This document shows, piece after piece, positions 56,299 to 64,000 of a stretch of DNA of 64,000 nt. This stretch comes from a virus. The stretch spans positions 5,717-69,716 of IMG/VR virus record IMGVR_UViG_3300018946_000033, one strand, 5' to 3'. The translations under genes were made by a program, and so were the position numbers. The notes beneath the pieces are model-generated. The model saw only the letters and a program-made list of their open reading frames with translations, did no database searches and was not told the DNA's origin. Position 1 is the first letter of the stretch. Each line of letters starts with the position of its first letter.

Positions 56299-56867
56299 GC
56301 CGTCACCCGCCGCTCGAGCACCCCGGCGATGTCGGGCGGGCTGTACAGGTCGGACTTCATGACCTTGCCGTCGGCCCGGTACACCGGCTGGCCGTCGGCG
56401 TCGAGCTTGCTCATGTTCGAGCGGTGAACCTCGGCGAGGACGGCGTCGAGGGGGATGCCGTAGCGGGCGGCGATGAGGTCGGCGAGCCGTGCGACCCGGG
56501 CCAGCCTGTGCGCTACCGCGGGAACGTTCCGGCTGGTCGTCGCGGCGCAGAGCCGCTGTACGGCGGCCATCATCCGGCTGATCGGCAGGTAGGCATCGGC
56601 GTAAGGGAGGGCGTAGGCCACGGCCCGGTCGAGGTCGATGCCGAACTCAAGCGCGGTGCCGTACGCGACGTACACGATGTCGGCCAGCGCATCGGCGATA
56701 TCAACCAGGTTGCCAGCGAGGACCGCCTCCCCGAGTTCGTCGGACTCTTCCTCGATGAGCGCGTTGCGGAGGGCGGCCCGCTCCGCTGTGACCCCGCCGG
56801 GCGGGGGTCCGAGCGGCTGCCCGAACGCGGCGTGGAACTCGCGCACGTCGTCGGCGATGCGGTTCAT
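56295..56867 (-). CDS. MazG-like nucleotide pyrophosphohydrolase
   Basis: VREFH, EESDEL, DALADIVYV, EVHRSNMSK, DGKVMK. Confidence 0.88.
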   Translation of the reverse strand: MNRIADDVREFHAAFGQPLGPPPGGVTAERAALRNALIEEESDELGEAVLAGNLVDIADALADIVYVAYGTALEFGIDLDRAVAYALPYADAYLPISRMMAAVQRLCAATTSRNVPAVAHRLARVARLADLIAARYGIPLDAVLAEVHRSNMSKLDADGQPVYRADGKVMKSDLYSPPDIAGVLERRVTA

Positions 56868-57211
56868 GACGCCGCCTGCTCGTCATCAGTTGTCCCGGTG
56901 ACGTTCCAGTCGACGTCGCTGCACCACCAGCACTGCTTGTGACCCGGGATGTCAGCGTCGCCCTCGTACTCCAGCCAGTGGTGCTCGCAGGTCCCCTTCA
57001 GGTACTCGCAGAGGTCGGCGCCCATCGCGTGATGTCCCGCGTTGGTGCCGTAGACGGCGAGGAAGCTCTCGATGCGCCAGAGCCAGCGCCTGTCGGGAGG
57101 CGTGGGGCAGGGGTTGCCCCTGGAGTCGGTGGTGGTACAAAGCGTCAGCGGGGCGCGGTCAACCCAGGTCGTGCCAGGAACAGCGCGGAAGGTCCCGTCG
57201 GCGGTCATCAT
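56864..57211 (-). CDS. Hypothetical Cys/His protein
   Basis: CEHHW...CWWC; coupling. Confidence 0.65.
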   Translation of the reverse strand: MMTADGTFRAVPGTTWVDRAPLTLCTTTDSRGNPCPTPPDRRWLWRIESFLAVYGTNAGHHAMGADLCEYLKGTCEHHWLEYEGDADIPGHKQCWWCSDVDWNVTGTTDDEQAAS

Positions 57212-57630
57212 GAGGCCACCGCCCGCTCAACGGGCTTGGTCCCTGCGATGATCCGCTCACCGTCGATGCCGTACTCCACGAGCCAGTCGGCGATGAACTC
57301 ACCGGACCCTTCGCCGTTCATGGCGAAGTTGACCCACCGGGCGATCTCGTCGGCCTTGTCGGGGGCGTGTTCGGTGAGGGCGCGGAGACAGGCGACGTAG
57401 CCGAAGTAGCCGGACATGCGCCCGAGCAGGAACGCCCATTCGCGGGCCGCGTCCTTGTCGACCCCGGGCGGGGTCTGCAAGTAGTAGTGGCTGCTGATCC
57501 GCGCGAGGTCGGCCTGGACTTGGCAGGCGAGGTGGCGGGCCAGCGCGTCGGCGGTGACGGTGCTGTCGTCGTAGGGGGCGACCTGCTTGACGTACTCGTG
57601 GGCGGGCTGTGCGAGTTCGGCGCTGTCCAT
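57208..57630 (-). CDS. Hypothetical protein
   Basis: AAAGGA RBS. Confidence 0.7.
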   Translation of the reverse strand: MDSAELAQPAHEYVKQVAPYDDSTVTADALARHLACQVQADLARISSHYYLQTPPGVDKDAAREWAFLLGRMSGYFGYVACLRALTEHAPDKADEIARWVNFAMNGEGSGEFIADWLVEYGIDGERIIAGTKPVERAVAS

Positions 57631-57704
57631 CTCGTATCCTTTCGGTGGTTGTGGCGTCCCGCTGGCTTCGCTGGCTCGGTGGGGCGCCATGGCTTTGCTT
57701 GGGG

Positions 57705-57902
57705 TCAGGCGATGTCTGGGAACTCGAGGAGCGCGAGGATGTCCGACTCGCGGAACCGGCGGTGCCCGCCGGGGGTGCGGATCGACGAGAGCCGCCGGGC
57801 TTGGGCCCACCGCGTTACCGTTTTCGCGTCCACGCGCAGGAGGCAGGCAACTTCGTAGGGCGTCATGAGCCGTTCGGTGGTGCGCGGTTCGGTGGTGCTC
57901 AT
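57705..57902 (-). CDS. bldC: BldC-like MerR-family DNA-binding protein
   Basis: LMTPYEVA.LLRVDAKTVTRWA...SIRTPGGHRRF. Confidence 0.85.
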   Translation of the reverse strand: MSTTEPRTTERLMTPYEVACLLRVDAKTVTRWAQARRLSSIRTPGGHRRFRESDILALLEFPDIA

Positions 57903-57944
57903 TGCTGGTCCCCGTTCGTGGTGGTCTGGTTGGTGGAGCGGCGG

Positions 57945-58529
57945 TCAGGTGCCGGCGAGTTCGGTGATGGTGACGACGACTTCGCCGAACGGGCAGCGTT
58001 TCGGGTCGGTGACCTTCGCGCCGAGCCGCACGAACGGCCCGTCGAGGTATTCGGCGGTGTCGTCGGCGATCAGGCCGTGGCCCGCGGCAACGACGCGCTT
58101 CCCGGCGCGCATCTTGTCGATGGGCGGCCCGAGGGCGTCGACGCACGGCTTCACGACGTGGGTGTAGTAGTTGCCCGCGTCTTTACGTCCGTGCGTCGGG
58201 AAGCGGAGTTCGAACTCAACTCGCACACGAGGCAGGCACTGGGGGAGCCGCGCGTATCGGGCGTAGGTGAACATCGACTCGCGCCACGTCTTGTGGACGG
58301 GTCCGGTCTTGCGCCAGTGCTGGTGCCCGCTGTTGACGGAGAGCATCCGGTCGGGGGCGGGGAACCTCAGCGTCCACACCCGCATGCCGTCGGTGCCCGC
58401 CTCGACGGCGAAGCTGACGGGTGCCGTGGTGTCCACGACAGGCTTGGGCCTGCGCTTGACTGGCTTCCTTGGGCCGGCGGCGAGGACCGGGGAGCCAGTC
58501 CCCGCCGCCGGTGACACGGTGGCGGTCAT
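57945..58529 (-). CDS. RusA-like Holliday junction resolvase
   Basis: LSVN, RKDAGN, KPCVDAL, LIADD. Confidence 0.75.
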   Translation of the reverse strand: MTATVSPAAGTGSPVLAAGPRKPVKRRPKPVVDTTAPVSFAVEAGTDGMRVWTLRFPAPDRMLSVNSGHQHWRKTGPVHKTWRESMFTYARYARLPQCLPRVRVEFELRFPTHGRKDAGNYYTHVVKPCVDALGPPIDKMRAGKRVVAAGHGLIADDTAEYLDGPFVRLGAKVTDPKRCPFGEVVVTITELAGT

Positions 58530-58948
58530 GACATGCCGCCGATGATCAGGGCGGAAATGAACAGGCAGCCGACGTGTAGCGCCTGGTCGGCCAAGTACAT
58601 GCCGTTCATGCCGTTGGATGTCAACTGCGCGAACTCGGCCGAACCGGTCCGTTCCAGATACCACCGCACCGGCCAGCGCCGGTCGATGAACCCGTGCGTG
58701 GCGGCGGAGAACAGGAGCGCCACGCCCACGCCGATCCACGACATGCGTACCCCCGCCACGGCGAGCGCGCCGAGGAACGCGGCGAGCGTCAGGTGGTAGC
58801 CGGCGAGGTGACCGAGCATGGGCCGCAGCCAGTTCTTCGACTGCGCTTTGCCGAGCGCTTGGGCGTGGGTTTGACCAGTGACGTGGTCCCCGACCTGGTG
58901 GCCCGCGTAGAGGGCGGCGAACGCGGCTGCGATCACGGTGGCGGTCAT
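58526..58948 (-). CDS. DUF3307 membrane protein
   Basis: HQVGDH, HGFIDRR, DQALH. Confidence 0.85.
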   Translation of the reverse strand: MTATVIAAAFAALYAGHQVGDHVTGQTHAQALGKAQSKNWLRPMLGHLAGYHLTLAAFLGALAVAGVRMSWIGVGVALLFSAATHGFIDRRWPVRWYLERTGSAEFAQLTSNGMNGMYLADQALHVGCLFISALIIGGMS

Positions 58949-59232
58949 GCTGCACCACCCACGGATGCCCACAGCGGGCAGTTGGTCCGGATGCCGCTAC
59001 TCAGGTCAATCTCTGCGCTTGCGGCGCAGCGCTCGGGGCTCACGTACCCCACGTCGGGCTCGCTCGTGTCGACAACGTGATGGACGCATGTCCTGCACGC
59101 ACGGACGCCGGGGTTGCTCCAGCACCGGCCGATATGATCGAGTGCCCGCGCCCGGGTGGAGTGGGACCGGCCACAGTGGGTGCACCGGTAGCGAGTGACC
59201 CGGATCTTCTCGGGTTCGATGGTGGCGGTCAT
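58945..59232 (-). CDS. Zn-finger protein
   Basis: CTHC...H..C...CRTC. Confidence 0.7.
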   Translation of the reverse strand: MTATIEPEKIRVTRYRCTHCGRSHSTRARALDHIGRCWSNPGVRACRTCVHHVVDTSEPDVGYVSPERCAASAEIDLSSGIRTNCPLWASVGGAA

Positions 59233-59459
59233 GCCGCAGCGCCCGGGCGGGTGTCGACCGGGGTGACGCCGTACGCGTTGCCGTCGAGGTCGGAGCCGGC
59301 GTTGACCAGGGCGTCCGCCATCTCGGCCTGATCGAGGCGGTAGCGCGCCTCGTCCAGGGCCATGGCCTTCTCCTGGCCGTACGTCTCGCCGGCCTGGCGG
59401 ATGGCTTCTGCGGCGTCGCGGCGGTACTCGGCTGCGAGCCCGGTCAGGTTGGTGCTCAT
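59229..59459 (-). CDS. Hypothetical protein
   Basis: ATGA coupling. Confidence 0.6.
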   Translation of the reverse strand: MSTNLTGLAAEYRRDAAEAIRQAGETYGQEKAMALDEARYRLDQAEMADALVNAGSDLDGNAYGVTPVDTRPGAAA

Positions 59460-60370
59460 GCTGCGATCGCCTTTCCCTTGGTGGTGGTGACGTTCAGCGG
59501 CCAGTCGCCGGTGATCCCGTCCGCGCGCTTGATCAGTTCGGCCGCGTCGTCGCGGAGCACCTGCGCCCGTTCGTCGGCACTGAGCGCCTCGTCGCCGGGC
59601 GGCTCCGACTCGCCGGCCTGGTCCTGCATCTCGGCGGCCTTGCCGCGCCAGTGGACGGCCAGCGACTCGGCCTGCTCCGCGAACCAACCGACCTGCGCCG
59701 TGTGCACTTCGGCGAGGGACATGCGGCCCAGAGCCCGCCACGTGCGGGCGAGGCTGTCCGGGTACTTCCGGTCGGCGTAGAGCTGGCGCAGGTCGGCGTC
59801 GGACATCACGGACCGTTCGGCGATGCGGCGCACCACATCCACGGCGGCTAGGGCGTCAGCGGCGGCGTCGTGCGCGTCGACTAGCTCGACGTCGTAGTTC
59901 TTGGCGACGTCGGCGAGCTTGCGGGAGCCCGGCCGGTACCGGTCCGTGGCCTTGTCGAGGACGAAGCCGTCGAGGACGGGCCAGATGTCACCGCCGCAGA
60001 AGGTGGTCAGCGAACCGAGGCCGTTGCGGGCGCACTCCGCGTCGAGCATCGACAGGTCGAACGCCACGTTGAAACCGACCACGGCGGTGCCGGCGCCCAG
60101 CGCGTACCGGATGGCGCCCGCGATCTCCCTGACGCCCTGCTCGGCGGGCATGCCGTGCTCGCGGGCGTGCTCGGTCGTGATGCCGTGCACGGCGGTCGCC
60201 TCGGCCGGGATGTCCACGTCAACGGCAATCAGCCACTCCTTGCGGTACTTGACCTCACCGTTCTCCACAATCGCGGCGCAGGCCGACACGATCCTGTCGC
60301 CGGCCACGTCCGTGCCGGTCGTCTCCAGGTCGAAGGCGAGGCAGCGGGCGGGCATCCACGGGGCGGTCAT
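59456..60370 (-). CDS. DnaQ-like DEDDh 3'-5' exonuclease
   Basis: FDLETTG, VHGIT, FNVAFD, AHDAAADA. Confidence 0.9.
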   Translation of the reverse strand: MTAPWMPARCLAFDLETTGTDVAGDRIVSACAAIVENGEVKYRKEWLIAVDVDIPAEATAVHGITTEHAREHGMPAEQGVREIAGAIRYALGAGTAVVGFNVAFDLSMLDAECARNGLGSLTTFCGGDIWPVLDGFVLDKATDRYRPGSRKLADVAKNYDVELVDAHDAAADALAAVDVVRRIAERSVMSDADLRQLYADRKYPDSLARTWRALGRMSLAEVHTAQVGWFAEQAESLAVHWRGKAAEMQDQAGESEPPGDEALSADERAQVLRDDAAELIKRADGITGDWPLNVTTTKGKAIAA

Positions 60371-61065
60371 GCGTCCGCCCGATCCGAAGCGGCGCGACAG
60401 GTGCACTCGCCGTCCACGTTTTCCCGCTGGGGGCACGTGGAGTAATGCCGGGCGCGATCGGCCAACTCGGCGAGGGCAGGCCCGTCAGCCGGCAAGCCCC
60501 GTGTCAGCGCCGTGTGCAACGGCGTGCGCTGAATCCATGCCTCCGGGTTCGCCGTTGCGTGGTGGGCATCGTCGAGAAGCTGGTCAGCGGTCCTTTCCGA
60601 CATGTGGTCGGTGCTGATCAGCAGGTACGTCCCTCGTGCGAACTTCGCGGCGATCCCGGTCGCGTTCCGGACCAGCCAGCGGGAGGCGTTGAACCGCCAC
60701 GTCTCGTCCATGTCGGCGATGGCGACCATCGGCCGTCCGTTGGGCTTCCACTTCTCGCCCTGCTCAACGTATTCGGCCCACGACATGCCGAGGTTTGCCG
60801 GCTTCGGGGTCGCCTCGGCCACCGTCCGGATCGCGCCGGACTCGATCTCGTCCAGCAGTTCCGCCATGGCGCGCCTGTCAACGACGTGACGGCATGGCCT
60901 CATGTCGACGCCCTGTGCGCAGCACCCGAACCACTCCGGGGCGGTCGGGTCCTGGCCTCGCGCGGCTTTGCAGGAGGCCAGGCTGGTGCCGCAGCCCTCG
61001 CAGGGGGCGGCGTCCCGGATCGCCTGACGGCGGGCCGCGATGACGTCCTTGTCGATGGCCATCAT
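60367..61065 (-). CDS. Hypothetical Cys-rich protein
   Basis: CEGC..C..CC..C N-terminus; coupling. Confidence 0.7.
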   Translation of the reverse strand: MMAIDKDVIAARRQAIRDAAPCEGCGTSLASCKAARGQDPTAPEWFGCCAQGVDMRPCRHVVDRRAMAELLDEIESGAIRTVAEATPKPANLGMSWAEYVEQGEKWKPNGRPMVAIADMDETWRFNASRWLVRNATGIAAKFARGTYLLISTDHMSERTADQLLDDAHHATANPEAWIQRTPLHTALTRGLPADGPALAELADRARHYSTCPQRENVDGECTCRAASDRADA

Positions 61066-62264
61066 CACTTCACCTGCCCGGCACGCACCGCGGCGAGAAA
61101 CTCGGCGTACTTGAACCCGGTCGCAACCTCGTCGTCGGACGGGTCGTGGCCCATGTGCGCCCGGTACTTCTCCTCGATGGCCGGCAGGTTCCACTTCAGC
61201 GGCTGGGCGGCCCGCATGATCGCGGTCCACACGTCGTCCTTGTTGGGCTCCTCCTCGGCGTCGATAGTCTGTGTGTCCGCGGACTTCGCCGTCGCGGATG
61301 CCTCAGCGACCTGGGCGGCCTTGGCCTTCCACGCATCCACCAACTGCGGATCGCGAACACCGGCGGAGCGCATCAGGCCCATCAGCTCGTTCACGGCATT
61401 GGTCGTTGTCGCCGCGGCGACGCGCGCCGCCCAATCGACCGTCGGGGCAGACGGCTTGACTTCCGAAGCGGATGGGGAGGGCGCGGCCGGCAGCGCGACG
61501 CGCTGCTCCTGCGGCGCCCCGATCGCGGTGCGAACCGCCGCGTCGATCGCCCCACCGAACGCCTGCGCCGGGGTGAACAGGCCGAAGAAGTCCAGCACCG
61601 GCACCACGTAGTTGCGGGACTCGACCTTCTCGCCGTCCTTGCCAAAGGTCAGTTTCTTGTCGCCTCGGGCTTCAAGCTTCAACAGCGCCGGGATCGGCTG
61701 TGTAGCGGCGGCGATCGACGCGGCCAGGGTGGGCAGCTCCGACGCGGCGTTCCACCCGTGGGCCTCCAACTTCAACGTGCCCATCGACGGGATGTCAGCC
61801 AGCATCAGCGACATGCGCGTGGTCGGCTTGCAGTCGTCCTTGGTCCGCTCGAACCGGCCATCCTCCGGGAACGGGCGCTTCGCCGCGGCGTACCGCTGCT
61901 GCGCCGCCGCCTCACACAGGCACGGCTGGCCGCGGAGCTTCTCGGCGATCCCGTCACACATCCGCGACCGGTAGCCGTTGCCCCACAGTTCGAAGTTCGG
62001 GTCGATGTTCTGCGGCGGCACGAACACCGGGATCTCGGTCGCCCGGGTCACCACCTCGAACTCAGGGCCCGACGGTGACTGCCACGGCTTCACCGTGCCG
62101 CCGTACAGGCCGGCAACGGCGTCGATGAGCGCCTTCGACGGCGACGTGATGCGGAACGAGTCGAGCGCGGCCGGGTACTCCTTGTTGTTCTTGGATAGGC
62201 GCTTCTCGCCTAGGCGGATGACACCGACCTGGGTCAGGCGACGCTGCAGGGATGCGATGGGCAT
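61065..62264 (-). CDS. Gp3-like recombination protein (probable annealase/RDF family)
   Basis: GVIRLG, FRITS, YGG, CDG, CKPTTR; adjacent to exonuclease. Confidence 0.75.
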   Translation of the reverse strand: MPIASLQRRLTQVGVIRLGEKRLSKNNKEYPAALDSFRITSPSKALIDAVAGLYGGTVKPWQSPSGPEFEVVTRATEIPVFVPPQNIDPNFELWGNGYRSRMCDGIAEKLRGQPCLCEAAAQQRYAAAKRPFPEDGRFERTKDDCKPTTRMSLMLADIPSMGTLKLEAHGWNAASELPTLAASIAAATQPIPALLKLEARGDKKLTFGKDGEKVESRNYVVPVLDFFGLFTPAQAFGGAIDAAVRTAIGAPQEQRVALPAAPSPSASEVKPSAPTVDWAARVAAATTTNAVNELMGLMRSAGVRDPQLVDAWKAKAAQVAEASATAKSADTQTIDAEEEPNKDDVWTAIMRAAQPLKWNLPAIEEKYRAHMGHDPSDDEVATGFKYAEFLAAVRAGQVK

Positions 62265-62287
62265 GGTTGTGGCTCCTGGGGTTCCGA

Positions 62288-63409
62288 TCAGAAGGGAATG
62301 TCGGTGGGCTGCTGGTCACGCGCGGCGACGATCAGCGCGAACGGGTCAGGCTTGAGTGGGGCAGGCTCAACATCGGCGGTGACCGGTTGGTCTTTGCGGC
62401 CCAATGTGAACGTGTGCGACGACACGGCCGCCGGCCCGCACTCGGAAAGCCAGGTGTACAAACCCAGGGCGTGGAGGAACCCTTGGAACGTCTGCTCCGT
62501 GGCCACGGCGAGCCGGGCCGTCACTCCGTCGGGGCGGAGTTGAACGATGACCGCCCCGTCGGTGTCGGGCATGGGGACGTCCACATCAGTGCCTTTGATC
62601 CGCACAAGGGGCGCCCACCGGTAGCCGGACAGTTGCAGCGCTTGGTTCGGGTAGAAGCTGGCACCTTCACCCTCACGGGACTTCCAGTCCACGAGAAGGT
62701 CGACGGTGCGCTTGTCGCGGCGTACGGCCTTCTGGATCGCCTCGGAGGTCTTGAGGCTCGAGTACTCGCCGTTAAACCGCAGCTGCCGTGCGACGAGCTT
62801 GCACGCCGAGTCGGTGGCGCAGGCGTCGAACCGGAGGAGCCCGTCGCAGGTGCCGGCGTACTTCTCGGCCGGGTTGATGACGGTTCCCTCGGCCATCAGG
62901 AACGACTCGGGTGTGATGCCGTACTCCTCGACGAATGCGAGGAACGCGGCAACGTACGGCTTGATGTCGTCGTCGTGGGGGCGGATCTCACCGTGCATGG
63001 ACCACCACTCGGCGACGTCGTGAACGCGCATGCCCTCGTCGGAGCGGCGGGCGGACTCGGCGAAGTGCCGGTCGGCGAGCCACTTCGCGACGCACGCGCG
63101 GCAGTCGCCGCACGGGCAGCGCGGGCAGCGGTCTTGCCACCCGTGGGTTTTGCGGCAGCGGCTGTTCGTGTTGTCGCAGGCCTTGACCCGTGATGCGGTG
63201 ATGACGGTGGGCAGTTCGATGAACGCCGCTTCGGCCGCGAGTTGCGTCTTCCAAATGTCCAGCCCGATCTTCGCGATGGCTTTGAACGCGGTGGTGACGG
63301 AGGTGAGTCGGCCGTAGGGCTCGAAGTAGTAAGTGCGGTCCCCGGTCTCCTCGTCGGTGGTGGAGTTGGCCGGGCCTAACCGGGGCGCGGGGTTGAGGTC
63401 GAGAGTCAT
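62288..63409 (-). CDS. PD-(D/E)XK exonuclease with Cys-rich insertion
   Basis: SVTT, GMRVH, YAGTCD, VDWK, LQLSGY. Confidence 0.85.
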   Translation of the reverse strand: MTLDLNPAPRLGPANSTTDEETGDRTYYFEPYGRLTSVTTAFKAIAKIGLDIWKTQLAAEAAFIELPTVITASRVKACDNTNSRCRKTHGWQDRCPRCPCGDCRACVAKWLADRHFAESARRSDEGMRVHDVAEWWSMHGEIRPHDDDIKPYVAAFLAFVEEYGITPESFLMAEGTVINPAEKYAGTCDGLLRFDACATDSACKLVARQLRFNGEYSSLKTSEAIQKAVRRDKRTVDLLVDWKSREGEGASFYPNQALQLSGYRWAPLVRIKGTDVDVPMPDTDGAVIVQLRPDGVTARLAVATEQTFQGFLHALGLYTWLSECGPAAVSSHTFTLGRKDQPVTADVEPAPLKPDPFALIVAARDQQPTDIPF

Positions 63410-63594
63410 CGCTTGGCCTCCTCGTCCCACGACCAGCGGAGGAACTCGGCGAGGCGGTTGGGTTCGCGCTTCTCAACCCGGCACGGCCGGCCTCGGCGGG
63501 CCATTTCGAAACTGGCGGTGGCCGCAGCGCCGACCGGGCCGAAGTCGATGGGGCCGGCGATCGTGTCGAACGTGACGATCAGGTGGGTGCTCAT
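63406..63594 (-). CDS. Hypothetical protein
   Basis: ATGA coupling. Confidence 0.55.
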   Translation of the reverse strand: MSTHLIVTFDTIAGPIDFGPVGAAATASFEMARRGRPCRVEKREPNRLAEFLRWSWDEEAKR

Positions 63595-63782
63595 GTCGGC
63601 CACCCCGTCCCGGTGGTCTTGTCGACGGGCAGGTCCGCGCCCATGGGGGCGAGGTCGGCGAGGAGCTGGTCGGCTTCCACCTCGTCGAGGCGGTCGCGGT
63701 CGGCGAGGCGGGCGGTCGCGGCGCGGAGCAGGTCACCCAGGCCGGTGCGGCGGTGGTGCGATCGGATCTCGTGGGCGGTCAC
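63591..63782 (-). CDS. Hypothetical protein
   Basis: GGAGG RBS, coupling. Confidence 0.55.
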   Translation of the reverse strand: MTAHEIRSHHRRTGLGDLLRAATARLADRDRLDEVEADQLLADLAPMGADLPVDKTTGTGWPT

Positions 63783-64000
63783 AGCGCACCTCCGGAGGCT
63801 TCCTTCAGGGCGGCCTCGGCGGCGACGGCCGTCAGGCTGAACGCGTGGGTCAATTTCGTGCCGGGCTCGTTAGCCACGAAGTCCTCGGCGGTCTTCCGCA
63901 GCCGGGCCACGTACTCGACCGCCGCGGCGGGGCTGATGGCGTGGAACTCGCGGACGAGCTCGCGTGCTGTTGCGATCTGGGCGCTGGCGACGGGGCTCAT
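63779..64000 (-). CDS. Hypothetical protein, may extend beyond window
   Basis: Open to window edge. Confidence 0.55.
   Translation of the reverse strand: MSPVASAQIATARELVREFHAISPAAAVEYVARLRKTAEDFVANEPGTKLTHAFSLTAVAAEAALKEASGGAL

Larger units (their letters stand above)
1..64000. mobile_element. Actinobacterial siphovirus prophage or phage-plasmid carrying a TraB/Spd transfer module
   Basis: Head, tail, lysis, replication and transfer modules are contiguous with no host housekeeping operon. Confidence 0.8.

Overview
High-GC actinobacterial (Micromonosporaceae/Streptomyces-like) element that appears to combine three modules. (i) A + strand transfer/spread module at 1-11.3 kb: NTF2-like ORF, bifunctional M23 muralytic enzyme, DUF2637/Spd-like membrane proteins, an FtsK/SpoIIIE (TraB-type) translocase and an array of small coupled ORFs. 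(ii) An apparently complete siphovirus late region on the - strand at about 11.5-42.5 kb: lysis, tail, tape measure, head, portal, large terminase. (iii) A - strand early/replication region at 42.5-64 kb: putative late regulator, Xer-like recombinase with an adjacent dif-like site, displaced small terminase, Cas4-like nuclease, helicase, iteron-rich origin, prim-pol, RHH repressor with operators, two WhiB, BldC, SSB, exonucleases. The best reading is a plasmid-replicating, possibly conjugative temperate phage (phage-plasmid). Most notable: a 2H-phosphoesterase-ClpP-scaffold head protein with nested starts, a TraB built on a chromosomal-FtsK-like motor with candidate clt repeats hidden in an upstream gene, a secreted subtilisin inside the lysis cassette, and a lambda pR'/tR'-like late control region with a structured leader. 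All calls are from reading motifs by eye; no database searches were run, and many starts were reassigned from the ORF track using RBS or ATGA overlaps.
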